From: Rhodothermales bacterium
Lineage (GTDB): Bacteria; Bacteroidota; Rhodothermia; Rhodothermales; VXPQ01
Direction: 5' to 3'
Assembly: GCA_965117025.1 (NCBI GenBank)
Contig: OZ220746.1
Coordinates: forward strand, 2,357,650-2,421,649
DNA length: 64,000 nucleotides
Shown: positions 53,410 through 63,291 of the stretch, piece by piece
How the letters are laid out: the number at the start of each line of letters is the position of its first letter
How positions within the stretch are numbered: the first letter of the stretch is position 1
Program-made: the position numbers and the translations under genes
Notes under the pieces: model-generated
Databases searched by the model: none
Seen by the model: only the letters and a program-made list of their open reading frames with translations
Told to the model about the DNA's origin: nothing

Positions 53410-54179
53410 TAGATATTCAAGGTCCAGTCGTAGTCGGTAAACCGGATGCGGGCCTTGCCGGAGGCGAGGAACGTACGTTCAGGGCCCGGCGGGAAAAAGC
53501 GCGCCAGATACCGGGTGATTTCGGCGTCGTTTTTTCCAAAATCCCTTGCGTACCAGTCAAACACCTTGGTCAGGTATACGGTGTTGTCGGCAATGTCCAC
53601 GCGGTTTTTTTCCGGGGAATCCAGTAAAAACCGTTTCGACTGATCGTTCAGTTGGTCATTGAGATGCGTGCCGATATACGCTTCCTGGCGCAGAGGCGGG
53701 CACGAGACAGCTGCGCAGACCAGCGCGAAATGAATGCGCGGGTCGTCGAATTCCTTCCGGATGATTCCATGCTCGATGTCGTCGAGGGTGTACGTGACCC
53801 CGCCCACCTTCGCCAGAGGCTGGGTCCATGGGCCCTTTATCGCCAGCCCCAGCGTCTTGTTGATGTTGCGGATGCTTTCTCGCTCGTTGTGCAGGTTGAT
53901 GAGTTCGATGGTCCAGGCGTTATAGGCGTTGAGCCAGAGGGCCAGTTGGCCATTCCGGGATAGCGAAGCCGGATCGATGCGGTCCAGCAGTTCGAGATAC
54001 TCGTCGAACGCTTCCGAGGCGGCGAAGGCGTCGTAATCGACCATGCCTTCGTAGGTCACATGGTTTTGCAGGAGCGTAGTGAAGATCGAATGGTCGACTC
54101 CTTGTGCCTGCGCCGGCTGCGATGCGGCATGCGCAAGGAGGAATACGAAGAGAGCGAGATAGGATCCAGTGTGCTTCAT
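53391..54179 (-). CDS. DUF547 domain protein
   Basis: Signal [53 protein letters not shown]. Its 3' end overlaps the convergent PD40 gene by 19 nt. Confidence 0.8.
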   Translation of the reverse strand: MKHTGSYLALFVFLLAHAASQPAQAQGVDHSIFTTLLQNHVTYEGMVDYDAFAASEAFDEYLELLDRIDPASLSRNGQLALWLNAYNAWTIELINLHNERESIRNINKTLGLAIKGPWTQPLAKVGGVTYTLDDIEHGIIRKEFDDPRIHFALVCAAVSCPPLRQEAYIGTHLNDQLNDQSKRFLLDSPEKNRVDIADNTVYLTKVFDWYARDFGKNDAEITRYLARFFPPGPERTFLASGKARIRFTDYDWTLNIYYSSSL

Positions 54180-54254
54180 GGCATGTTGGCGGCAATGCCT
54201 GTCTTCGGTTTCAGAATGGACTATGTTGCACTATGTGATGCGGGGCGTCCGGTT

Positions 54255-56012
54255 TCAGTATCCGAGCGCGTTCCCGTCTTTACGCATATCGGCGCCTCCG
54301 TGATACACTCCTTGCTCGGCGCCCCAGAGGATGGCCTGGTACCCTCCGAAGTAATCGGTAGGGGCAAGAATGTGCCCCCGCCGGGCCAACTCCTCCCGTA
54401 CTTCCGGCGCGATGCCGCTTTCGAGCGCCAGGCGTCCACCATCCGTCATGGTTCCGCCCGTAGGCTGTAGCGCGCTGGAGTGGCTGAACCGCGCCGCATC
54501 CCCGGCCTCCTGTACATTCATGCCGAATTCAATCATGTTCAGCAGCACCTGTACCTGTCCTTGCGGCTGGAACGGTCCTCCCATGACTCCGAAGGCCATA
54601 ACCGGCTGCCCGTCGCGCATCACGAAACCGGGAATGATGGTATGGAAGGGGCGCTTGCCGGGAGCGTACACATTCGCATGATCCGGGTCGAGGGAGAACT
54701 GGGATCCCCGGCTTTGCAACGCGAATCCGAGGCCGTCCGGGGTCATGCCGCTGCCGAACTCGAAGAAATTGCTCTGGATGAGCGATACCATGTTTCCGTT
54801 CGCATCCGCAACCGTCAGGTACACGGTATCTCCGTGTTCGAGATCACCGGTCGCGATGCGTTGCATCGCCTGCGTCATGTCGATGCGGCCGCGTTGTTCG
54901 GCGGCGTATTCTTCCGAAAGCAGGCGTTCGAGAGGAATGTCCACGAAGGCCGGATCGGCGTAATGCCGGGCGCGGTCCGCGAAGGCGAGTTTTTTCGCTT
55001 CCACAAGGACATGGAGGTAATCGGCGGTATTATGTCCCAGCGACGCGAGGTCGAAGCCTTCGAGGATACGGAGCATCTGCAGCACCGCGATTCCCTGTCC
55101 GTTCGGGGGCAATTCATACACCTCGACATCCCGGTAGGGGACAGATACCGGGTCTACCCAGGTGCTTGTGTGCGTCTCGAAATCGGCTTTCCGAAGCGGC
55201 GTACTCGTGCGGCGGGCCCATGCGTCGATGGCGTCGGCAATGGGGCCCTCGTAGAATATGTCGCGTCCCCCTGCGGCAATCCGTTCGTACGTGGCGGCAA
55301 GATCGGGATTGCGGAAAATTTTACCTTCGGGCGGCATGCGCCCATCCACGAAATAGGTGTTTTCGAAGCTGCTGAGATCGCCGATTTCGTGGATATGATC
55401 CTTTAGCCGCTGGTGCGCCTGTGCCCACGAGAAGCCCACGACCTGTGTGATGGGCGTTCCCTCACGGGCGTACCGGATAGCGGGAGCCAGCACGTCCTGC
55501 ATCGGAAGCACCCCGAAGCGCTCGTGCAGCGTGAACCATCCGTCCACGGCGCCCGGTACGGAAACGGCAAGCGGTCCATGCAGCGGAATTCCGTCGGCCC
55601 CGTCCAGACGCTCCATGAGGTCATCCAGCGATTGCCCAAGGGGTGCGCGTCCGCTCGCATTCAGCCCATGGAGTTGTCCCGATGCTTCGTCCCACACGAT
55701 CGCGAACAGGTCTCCGCCGATTCCGCAGTTGTTCGCTTCGACGAAACCCAGTACGGCGTTCGCGGCAATGGCGGCGTCCACCGCCGAGCCGCCCTGTTTC
55801 AGAATATCGATGGCGGTTTGCGTAGCCAACGGGTGGCTGGTGGAAGCCATGCCGTTTTGGCCGACCGCGGGGCTGCGTGTGGCGAAGGTGGCTCCGGTGA
55901 GGCGGTCTCCCCGCCCCGTGGGCAGTGCGCTTTGGTCGGAGGCGGGCTGGCAAGCCGTTTGCCAGACGAGCGCCGGAAGGATAAGGAGCATGAGCCGGCT
56001 GGTCGATCGCAT
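54255..56012 (-). CDS. ggt: Gamma-glutamyltransferase
   Basis: GMASTSHPLATQTAIDILKQGGSAVDAAIAA, the autoprocessing region GDTVYLTVADANGNMVSLIQSN, and FGVMGGPFQPQGQVQVLLN. Confidence 0.95.
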   Translation of the reverse strand: MRSTSRLMLLILPALVWQTACQPASDQSALPTGRGDRLTGATFATRSPAVGQNGMASTSHPLATQTAIDILKQGGSAVDAAIAANAVLGFVEANNCGIGGDLFAIVWDEASGQLHGLNASGRAPLGQSLDDLMERLDGADGIPLHGPLAVSVPGAVDGWFTLHERFGVLPMQDVLAPAIRYAREGTPITQVVGFSWAQAHQRLKDHIHEIGDLSSFENTYFVDGRMPPEGKIFRNPDLAATYERIAAGGRDIFYEGPIADAIDAWARRTSTPLRKADFETHTSTWVDPVSVPYRDVEVYELPPNGQGIAVLQMLRILEGFDLASLGHNTADYLHVLVEAKKLAFADRARHYADPAFVDIPLERLLSEEYAAEQRGRIDMTQAMQRIATGDLEHGDTVYLTVADANGNMVSLIQSNFFEFGSGMTPDGLGFALQSRGSQFSLDPDHANVYAPGKRPFHTIIPGFVMRDGQPVMAFGVMGGPFQPQGQVQVLLNMIEFGMNVQEAGDAARFSHSSALQPTGGTMTDGGRLALESGIAPEVREELARRGHILAPTDYFGGYQAILWGAEQGVYHGGADMRKDGNALGY

Positions 56013-56016
56013 GGTT

Positions 56017-56238
56017 TCAGCCCTTGTACCGGAACACGATGCGACCTTTGGAAAGGTCGTACGGAGAAATTTCGATGTCTACCCGGTCTCCGGGAATGAT
56101 GCGGATGTAGTGTTTGCGCATCTTGCCGGAGAGCAGCCCGAGGATTTCGTGCCCATTGTCGAGCCGGACGCGGAACTGTGCGTTCGGCAGCGCCTCCGTC
56201 ACGATGCCCTCCTGTTTGATTGCTTCCTGTTTCGCCAT
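56017..56238 (-). CDS. infA: Translation initiation factor IF-1
   Basis: ORF 56017..56334 trimmed to ATG 56238: [73 protein letters not shown]. Confidence 0.95.
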   Translation of the reverse strand: MAKQEAIKQEGIVTEALPNAQFRVRLDNGHEILGLLSGKMRKHYIRIIPGDRVDIEISPYDLSKGRIVFRYKG

Positions 56239-56482
56239 GTAATAAGGTATGTTTGCGGAATGCCGGATTGCGAGTGATACGGCAAGGCGGTTCGAAAGTG
56301 CCTTGCGCTCACAATTCGTTACATTTTGAGACATCTCGGACGCAAATCCGGGGTACTTACGGAACCGTATATTCCCGGAAAAATTTCAGTGTAAAAGATG
56401 TACCTTGAGCGTGTGAAAAAATTATTACGGATTTTCCCAAGCCCATTTTCCCCATGCGCTAAAGAAAAATCGGAGGCGCAAG

Positions 56483-58258
56483 ATGTATAGCGTACGCATG
56501 CGGTATCCCGTAATCGTGTCACGGCTTCTCCCTTGTGCGGCTCCGGTGCCCCGCTCCCCCGGAATCTTCACGAAAGCGGCAGGGGGAGCGTTTTTTCCCA
56601 GACGTTCTGTCCGTCTTGCACGGTATGCCCTTGCCGGCTTTGTGCTTCTGTTTGTGGTTTCCGCCGCAGAGGCTTCTTCGGGTCGATTTTTGCAGCAGCA
56701 GGCCGGGGACGGCAAGGCCGCGTCCGTTAGTGTGGAAGACGCGCGCGACAGAGTTTCCCGAACGGCGCGCGTTGCAGGGCGGGTTCCCTGTGTGGATGGA
56801 GAAGCCGCCGGATATCCCTGCAGGGATATGGATTTGCTGGCCTTCGTACCCCGGGAGGAGATGGAGGGATTTCCATGCCCTGGTTCAGGGGACTGCTTCA
56901 ATGATATCTGGGGCTGGACCGATCCGGTTACGAGGGTCGAGTATGCGTTGCTCGGTCGGGTCGACGGTGTTGCATTTTTCGATCTTAGCGATCCCGAATA
57001 TCCTTTCTTCGTCGGAATGTTACCGATGACGCCCGGCAGCCGCGCCAGCGGGTGGCGCGACGTAAAGGTCGTGAACAATCATGCCGTCATTGTAGCTGAT
57101 TTCGCTGGCCCGCATGGCATGCAGGTGTTCGATCTTGCACAACTTCGGGATGTGACGGATGCCCCGGTGGCCTTCGATCCTACTGCCGTGTACGATAGCT
57201 TCAGTTGGGCGCATAATGTAGTTGTCAACGATATCTCGGATCATGTATATATCGTGGGCATACAGGGTGCTCAGCAGACACCGTCCGGATTTTCATGCGG
57301 TGCGGGCCCGCATATCGTGGACATGAGCGATCCGGCGCAGCCCACATTTGCCGGGTGCTACAATCCTTCCCCGGGCCGGGGGTACACGCACGATGCGCAA
57401 TGCGTTCGGTACAGCGGGCCGGATACGAGATACGCCGGGAAAGATATTTGCTTCAGTTCCGATGAGAAGGGCGGAGCCATTACGGACGTAACGGACCCGG
57501 CTTCGCCTGAAGAACTCGGGATGTTCACATACCCGAATTTCGCCTACACGCACCAGGGATGGCTGACGGAGGATCAGCGCTATCTTTTCGTAAACGACGA
57601 ACAGGATGAGGGTGATGAGGCTAAGACCCGGACCCTGATCTTCGATGTGCAGGAGTTAGACGACCCCGTTTTTGTGGGTAACTGGTATGGGCCTACCACA
57701 GCCATAGATCATAACCTGTACATCCATGAAGGCAAGTTGTATGAAGCAAACTATACGGCCGGATTGCGGGTCATGGATATTTCCTACGACGGCGCGGTGT
57801 CGCCCGATGACATTCGCGAAGTGGCTTATTTCGATGTCTATCCTCAATCGGATCTACCAGGCTTTATAGGTTCCTGGAGCAGTTATCCCTTTTTCGAGAG
57901 CGGAATCATTGTGGTTTCCAGCATGGATGACGGGTTATTCGTTCTTGCGCCGTCCTTATCGGTAGGCGTAAGTGCAGAGAGCGAGGAACTTCCGACCGAA
58001 GTGGCGCTTCTTGGCAACTATCCGAACCCGTTCAATCCAGAGACGACGATACGCTATGCGTTGCCGCAAGCCGGCAACGTGCGCCTTGCGGTGTACGATT
58101 TACTCGGGCAGGAAGTGGCGGTGCTTGTCGACGGTTCCCGGCCCGCGGGCCATCACACGGTGCGGTTTGACGGGGACGATTTGCCGAGCGGTTCGTACGT
58201 GTACCGCTTACAGGTCGGGGAGGAGGTCGGGGCTCGCACGATGATGCTGGTCAAATAG
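56483..58258 (+). CDS. Choice-of-anchor-B / LVIVD-repeat-like secreted protein with T9SS CTD (paralog 1)
   Basis: Signal-like RRSVRLARYALAGFVLLFVVSAAEA. CFNDIWGWTDPVTRVEYALLGRVDGVAFFDLSDPEYPFFVGMLP, WRDVKVVNNHAVIVADFAGPHGMQVFDL. CTD: LLGNYPNPFNPETTIRYALPQAGNVRLAVYDLLGQEV...YVYRLQVGEEVGARTMMLVK. Family call is from recalled motifs. Confidence 0.7.
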   Translation: MYSVRMRYPVIVSRLLPCAAPVPRSPGIFTKAAGGAFFPRRSVRLARYALAGFVLLFVVSAAEASSGRFLQQQAGDGKAASVSVEDARDRVSRTARVAGRVPCVDGEAAGYPCRDMDLLAFVPREEMEGFPCPGSGDCFNDIWGWTDPVTRVEYALLGRVDGVAFFDLSDPEYPFFVGMLPMTPGSRASGWRDVKVVNNHAVIVADFAGPHGMQVFDLAQLRDVTDAPVAFDPTAVYDSFSWAHNVVVNDISDHVYIVGIQGAQQTPSGFSCGAGPHIVDMSDPAQPTFAGCYNPSPGRGYTHDAQCVRYSGPDTRYAGKDICFSSDEKGGAITDVTDPASPEELGMFTYPNFAYTHQGWLTEDQRYLFVNDEQDEGDEAKTRTLIFDVQELDDPVFVGNWYGPTTAIDHNLYIHEGKLYEANYTAGLRVMDISYDGAVSPDDIREVAYFDVYPQSDLPGFIGSWSSYPFFESGIIVVSSMDDGLFVLAPSLSVGVSAESEELPTEVALLGNYPNPFNPETTIRYALPQAGNVRLAVYDLLGQEVAVLVDGSRPAGHHTVRFDGDDLPSGSYVYRLQVGEEVGARTMMLVK

Positions 58259-58330
58259 GTGGCTGGCCGTTCTTTTTCGGATATTCATCAGGGTTTTTCC
58301 CCGTGCGCTGACAAAAAACGGAGAGGCGAC

Positions 58331-60112
58331 ATGTATAATGTACGCACGCGATATACCGTAAACGCCTCCTCGTTTCTCTCTTGCACGATTCTGGCGTTCC
58401 ACTTCCCCGGAATCTTCATGAAAGCGATTAGGAGGGATGTTTTTTCCGGACGTTCTGTCCGTTTCGCGGGGTACGTCCTTGCTGGTCTTGTGTTTCTGTC
58501 GGGCGTTTCCGTTGCAGAGGCTTCTTCCGGTCGATTTTTCCGGCAGCAGGTCGCCGATGGCAAAGCTGCGCCCGTTCGCGTGGAAGACGGGAACGACGGA
58601 GTTTCCCGAACGGTGCGCATTGAGGGGCGGGTTCCCTGTGTGGATGGAGAAGCCGCCGGGTATCCCTGCAAGGACCTGGACTTGCTGGCTGTTGTCCCCC
58701 GGGAGGAGATGGAGGGATTTCCATGCCCTGATTCGGGGAACTGCTTCAATGACATCTGGGGCTGGACCGATCCGGTGACGAGGGTCGAGTATGTGTTGCT
58801 CGGCCGGGTCGACGGTGTTGCATTTTTCGATCTGAGCGATCCCGAATATCCTTTCTTCGTCGGCATGCTGCCGATGACGCCCGATAGCCGGCCCAGCTCG
58901 TGGCGCGATATAAAGGTCGTGAACGGTCATGCCGTCATTGTGGCCGATGCTGCCTACTCGCATGGTATGCAGGTGTTTGACCTTGCGCAACTTCGGGATG
59001 TAACGGATGCTCCGGCGACCTTCGAGCCCACTGCCTTGTACGACGCCTTCGATTCGGCGCATAATCTGGTGGTCAACGAAGCAACGTATGAGGTATATAT
59101 CGTCGGCATACAGGGGCGCCAGACTGTGCCGCCGGGATTTTCCTGCGGCCCCGGGTCGCATATCGTGGACATGAGCGATCCGGCGCAACCCGCGTTTGCA
59201 GGGTGCTACAATCCCTCCCCGGGCCGGGGGTACACGCACGATGCGCAATGCGTTCGGTACCGCGGGCCGGATACGAGATACGCCGGGAAAGATATTTGCT
59301 TCAGTTCCGACGAGGATGGCGGAGCCATTACGGATGTCACGGACCCGGCTTCGCCTGAAGAACTCGGGATGTTCACATACCCGGATTTCGGCTACACGCA
59401 CCAGGGATGGCTGACGGAGGATCACCGCTATCTTTTCGTCAACGACGAATTCGATGAGCGCAATGGAGAGGCTTCTTCAACCCGCACCCTGATTTTCGAT
59501 GTGCAGGAACTGGACGACCCCGTTTTTTTGGACGCCTGGTATGGGTCAACCACCGCTACAGATCATAACCTGTACATTCGCGGGGACAAATTGTACGAAG
59601 CGAACTATACGGCCGGATTGCGCGTCATGGATATTTCCTATGACAGGGGGTTGTCGCCCGGCGCGATCCGCGAAGTGGCGTACTTCGATGTGTATCCTGC
59701 CTCGGATGAACCATATACTGTCGGGGCGTGGAGCAGTTATCCCTGGTTTGAAAGTGGAATCATTGCGGTGTCCAGCAGAGTGGGCGGGTTGTTTATTCTG
59801 GCGCCGTCCTTATCGGTAGGCGTAAGCGCAGAGAGCGAGGAATTGCCCGCTGAAGTGAAGCTTACAGGTAACTACCCCAATCCGTTCAATCCGGAGACGA
59901 CGATACGGTATGCCTTGCCGCAGGCCGGTAAAGTCCGTCTTGTGGTGTACGATCTGCTCGGGCAGGAAGTGGCGATACTCGTCGACGGTTCCCGGCCTGC
60001 GGGCCATCACACAGTGCGGTTCGACGGGGATGATTTGCCGAGCGGTTCGTACGTGTACCGTTTACAGGTCGGGGAAGAGGTCGTAGTCCGCACGATGACG
60101 CTGGTCAAATAA
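58331..60112 (+). CDS. Choice-of-anchor-B / LVIVD-repeat-like secreted protein with T9SS CTD (paralog 2)
   Basis: ORF 58259..60112. Start set at ATG 58331 (MYNVRTRYTV, homologous to MYSVRMRYPV of paralog 1). An internal ATG 58418 (MKAIRRDVF...) is an alternative that paralog 1 lacks (ACG there). Colinear with paralog 1 and has the same CTD. Confidence 0.7.
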   Translation: MYNVRTRYTVNASSFLSCTILAFHFPGIFMKAIRRDVFSGRSVRFAGYVLAGLVFLSGVSVAEASSGRFFRQQVADGKAAPVRVEDGNDGVSRTVRIEGRVPCVDGEAAGYPCKDLDLLAVVPREEMEGFPCPDSGNCFNDIWGWTDPVTRVEYVLLGRVDGVAFFDLSDPEYPFFVGMLPMTPDSRPSSWRDIKVVNGHAVIVADAAYSHGMQVFDLAQLRDVTDAPATFEPTALYDAFDSAHNLVVNEATYEVYIVGIQGRQTVPPGFSCGPGSHIVDMSDPAQPAFAGCYNPSPGRGYTHDAQCVRYRGPDTRYAGKDICFSSDEDGGAITDVTDPASPEELGMFTYPDFGYTHQGWLTEDHRYLFVNDEFDERNGEASSTRTLIFDVQELDDPVFLDAWYGSTTATDHNLYIRGDKLYEANYTAGLRVMDISYDRGLSPGAIREVAYFDVYPASDEPYTVGAWSSYPWFESGIIAVSSRVGGLFILAPSLSVGVSAESEELPAEVKLTGNYPNPFNPETTIRYALPQAGKVRLVVYDLLGQEVAILVDGSRPAGHHTVRFDGDDLPSGSYVYRLQVGEEVVVRTMTLVK

Positions 60113-60163
60113 GAAAAGTTGGCCGTATCTTGCTCAGGGTATTCACTGAGGCTGTATTTTTCC

Positions 60164-61645
60164 ATGATGCGTGCTATTCGTTTTCTCTTTTCCGGCTTTG
60201 CACTGTGTGCGTTGGCGGTCGTGTGGGCGGCCTGCGGCGGTTCCGAACAAGCGGCTCCGCCGCCCAACATTGTAGTCATCCTTGCGGACGATATGGGATA
60301 CGGCGATCCGGGCGCCTGGAATCCGGATTCGAAGGTTCCGACGCCGCACATCGACCGGCTGGCGGCGGAGGGTATGCGTTTCACGGACGCCCATTCGCCG
60401 TCCGCCGTATGCACGCCCACGCGCTACGGATTGCTTACCGGACGATACGCCTGGCGGACCCGCCTGACACAAGGTGTCCTGGTGGGCTATTCCCCCAACC
60501 TGATCGACACGACCCGCCTGACGCTTCCCGGGATGTTGCGACAAGCCGGTTATGCGACGGCAGGCATCGGCAAATGGCATCTGGGGCTGGGGGACGCCGA
60601 ACGGACCGACTATGCCCAGCCACTCCGTCCGGGACCGGTTTCCCTGGGATTCGATTATTACTTCGGTATTCCGTCCTCGCTTGACTTCGAACCATATGTA
60701 TGGTTCGAAAACGACCGGGTCGAGCAATTGCCCACGGATTCCATAGAGGCTTCCCGGCCCTGTTGCAAGGAAGACTTTTACCGGGGAGGCGGCATTGCGC
60801 CGGATTTCCGGCATGTGGATGTGCTGCCCCGTACCGTCGAGAAGTCCGTGGAATATGTGATGCAGGCGGGTGACAAGCCGTTTTTTCTGTACGTTCCCTT
60901 CTCCGCACCGCATACGCCCTGGCTGCCGACCGAGCCGTTCCTGGGGAGCAGCGGTGCCGGGACCTACGGCGATTTCGCGGTGCAAGTGGATGCCGGGGTG
61001 GGGGATATCCTCAACGCACTGGACGAGGCGGGCGTCGCGGAAAATACACTGGTCGTGTTCACCAGCGACAATGGCGCCCACTGGCTTCCGTACGAAATCG
61101 AAATGTTCGACCACCGGGCGAATCTTGACTGGCGCGGGATGAAGGCGGACATTTACGAAGGCGGGCACCGCGTGCCCTTTGTCGCCCGCTGGCCGGGCAG
61201 GATCGAAGCAGGCTCGGTGAGCCATGAACTGATCTCGCTCGTCGATCTGATGGCGACGTTTGCCTCCGTTACCGGGCAGATGCTTCCCGACGATGCAGGC
61301 GAAGACAGCTACGATCTGACGCCCGTGCTGCTGGGTGAATCTCTGGAAGGACCCATCCGCGAGGCCACCGTGCATCACTCGGTCAACGGCACATTCGCTA
61401 TCCGGCAGGGCTCCTGGAAGCTGATCGAAGGACTCGGATCGGGCGGTTTCACACAGCCTGTATCCGTCGAGCCGGGCCCGGGAGATCCGCCGGGACAGTT
61501 GTACCACCTTGGAGACGATCCGGGCGAGACGAACAATCTGTATGCAGAGCACCCGGAAGTCGTCGAAAGGCTATCCGCCTTGCTCGCCCGGTACCGGGAA
61601 CAGGGATACAGCCGCCCAATGACCGGGGCCCCCGCTCAACACTGA
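60164..61645 (+). CDS. Sulfatase (arylsulfatase family) lipoprotein
   Basis: ORF 60119..61645 trimmed to ATG 60164 (MMRAIRFLFSGFALCALAVVWAACGG). PNIVVILADDMGYGD and the active-site box CTPTRYGLLTGR. Confidence 0.85.
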   Translation: MMRAIRFLFSGFALCALAVVWAACGGSEQAAPPPNIVVILADDMGYGDPGAWNPDSKVPTPHIDRLAAEGMRFTDAHSPSAVCTPTRYGLLTGRYAWRTRLTQGVLVGYSPNLIDTTRLTLPGMLRQAGYATAGIGKWHLGLGDAERTDYAQPLRPGPVSLGFDYYFGIPSSLDFEPYVWFENDRVEQLPTDSIEASRPCCKEDFYRGGGIAPDFRHVDVLPRTVEKSVEYVMQAGDKPFFLYVPFSAPHTPWLPTEPFLGSSGAGTYGDFAVQVDAGVGDILNALDEAGVAENTLVVFTSDNGAHWLPYEIEMFDHRANLDWRGMKADIYEGGHRVPFVARWPGRIEAGSVSHELISLVDLMATFASVTGQMLPDDAGEDSYDLTPVLLGESLEGPIREATVHHSVNGTFAIRQGSWKLIEGLGSGGFTQPVSVEPGPGDPPGQLYHLGDDPGETNNLYAEHPEVVERLSALLARYREQGYSRPMTGAPAQH

Positions 61646-61649
61646 TATA

Positions 61650-63026
61650 ATGAAACCGTACGAAACTATGGATATCCGGAACGCAACCCCGGCTCGTCAC
61701 AGAAGCAACGGCAAAGCCACCTGGATCGAATCCATGGGATCGCTGCCCCGCTTCCGCGCTGTGTTTGTGTTGTTTGCAGCGTTGCTCTTCTGTGTGCCCG
61801 CGGCGACACAGGCTTTTTCCCAGTCTTTTGCGCCGGCCACCCCGGAGGAGGCGGGCGTTTCTTCGGAACGGCTTGCACGCATCGATGCGGCACTCGAACA
61901 GTACATCGAGGAAGAACGGCTACCGGGCGCCGCACTCGTAATAGGCCGGCGTGGGCATGTCGTCTACGCCAGGGCGTTCGGCTACCGGGACCGTGAGGCG
62001 GAAGAACCGCTCGATGTTACTGATCTTTTTCGCATCGCTTCGCAGACCAAGGCGGTCATTTCCGTGGGCGTGATGATTTTGCAGGAGCAGGGACACCTGC
62101 TGATCGATCAGGACCTGAGCGATTTTATTCCCGAATTCGACAGCACCACCGTCGCCGTGGAGAAAGAGGAAGGGGGCTACGAGATAGTTCCTGCCAATCG
62201 CAGCATCACGGTGCGCGATTTGCTCACGCACACCGCCGGCATCGGGTATGGTTGGGGACCCGCCGCCGAGCGCTGGGTGGAGGCAGGTATACAGGGATGG
62301 TATTTTGCGGATCGCGATGAGCCGATTGCTGCAACGGTCGAGCGCATGGGCGATTTACCCATGGATGACCAACCGGGCGAGCAGTTCGTGTACGGCTACG
62401 CTACGGACATTCTGGGCGTGGTTATCGAGCGGGCTTCCGGGATGCCGCTGGACGAATTTCTGCAGGTCGAGATTTTCGAGCCGCTGGGCATGGTGGATAC
62501 GCACTTCTACGTGCCTCCGGAAAAAGCGGACCGGCTCACAGTGGTGTACTCGGTGACGGAAATGAACGGGATGGTTCGCGCACCCGATCCTGGTCACATG
62601 GTCGGCCAGGGCATGTATCTCGAGGGGCCGCGAAAGAGTTTTTCCGGGGGCGCGGGTCTGGTTTCCACGCCGGGAGATTATGCCCGCTTTCTCGAGGCGC
62701 TCCGCCGGGGAGGAATACTTGACGGTACGCGCATCCTGTCGCCCAAGACCGTGCAACTGATGACCGTCGATCATGTGCACGACGCATGGCAGGGAGGCGG
62801 CGGTGGTGGATTTGGTCTGGGTTTCGGCGTGACCGAGGAGCTCGGATGGAGCGGATTGCCGGGTTCTCCGGGAGCATACACATGGGGAGGGGCCTATCAC
62901 ACTACGTACTGGGTCGATCCGGTGGAAGAACTGGTCGTTTCGTATATGACGCAGGTTATCCCTGCCCAGGGTCTTGACGACCACCAGCGTATCCGGGCGC
63001 TTGTCTACCAGGCGCTGGTGGATTGA
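61650..63026 (+). CDS. Serine hydrolase, beta-lactamase/transpeptidase-like family
   Basis: SxxK motif in FRIASQTKAVIS and a signal-like FAALLFCVPAATQA (possible alternative start at ATG 61734). YGY... and GGAGLVSTPGDYARFL blocks. Confidence 0.8.
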   Translation: MKPYETMDIRNATPARHRSNGKATWIESMGSLPRFRAVFVLFAALLFCVPAATQAFSQSFAPATPEEAGVSSERLARIDAALEQYIEEERLPGAALVIGRRGHVVYARAFGYRDREAEEPLDVTDLFRIASQTKAVISVGVMILQEQGHLLIDQDLSDFIPEFDSTTVAVEKEEGGYEIVPANRSITVRDLLTHTAGIGYGWGPAAERWVEAGIQGWYFADRDEPIAATVERMGDLPMDDQPGEQFVYGYATDILGVVIERASGMPLDEFLQVEIFEPLGMVDTHFYVPPEKADRLTVVYSVTEMNGMVRAPDPGHMVGQGMYLEGPRKSFSGGAGLVSTPGDYARFLEALRRGGILDGTRILSPKTVQLMTVDHVHDAWQGGGGGGFGLGFGVTEELGWSGLPGSPGAYTWGGAYHTTYWVDPVEELVVSYMTQVIPAQGLDDHQRIRALVYQALVD

Positions 63027-63291
63027 AGGGCCTGGACTGAATCGGCGCAAGATGCGGCGCAGGGGTTGCGAACGTCGATTCGGATCGGGAAAGCGATGCG
63101 GTCGGGGGCTGCCGAGGTGCGCATTTTGGCGCGGCGTCGCGCAGGGCTTGACAGCAAACGAAAAATTTGTACATTCAAAAGGAATACACAGGCGCGGTGG
63201 CATGCCGGGGGTATTGCAGGTGCGATAGCCTCCATAGCCACAGGAAGATGTACTCATTCCGGTCAACTACTCACGAAGACGCAATACGCTG

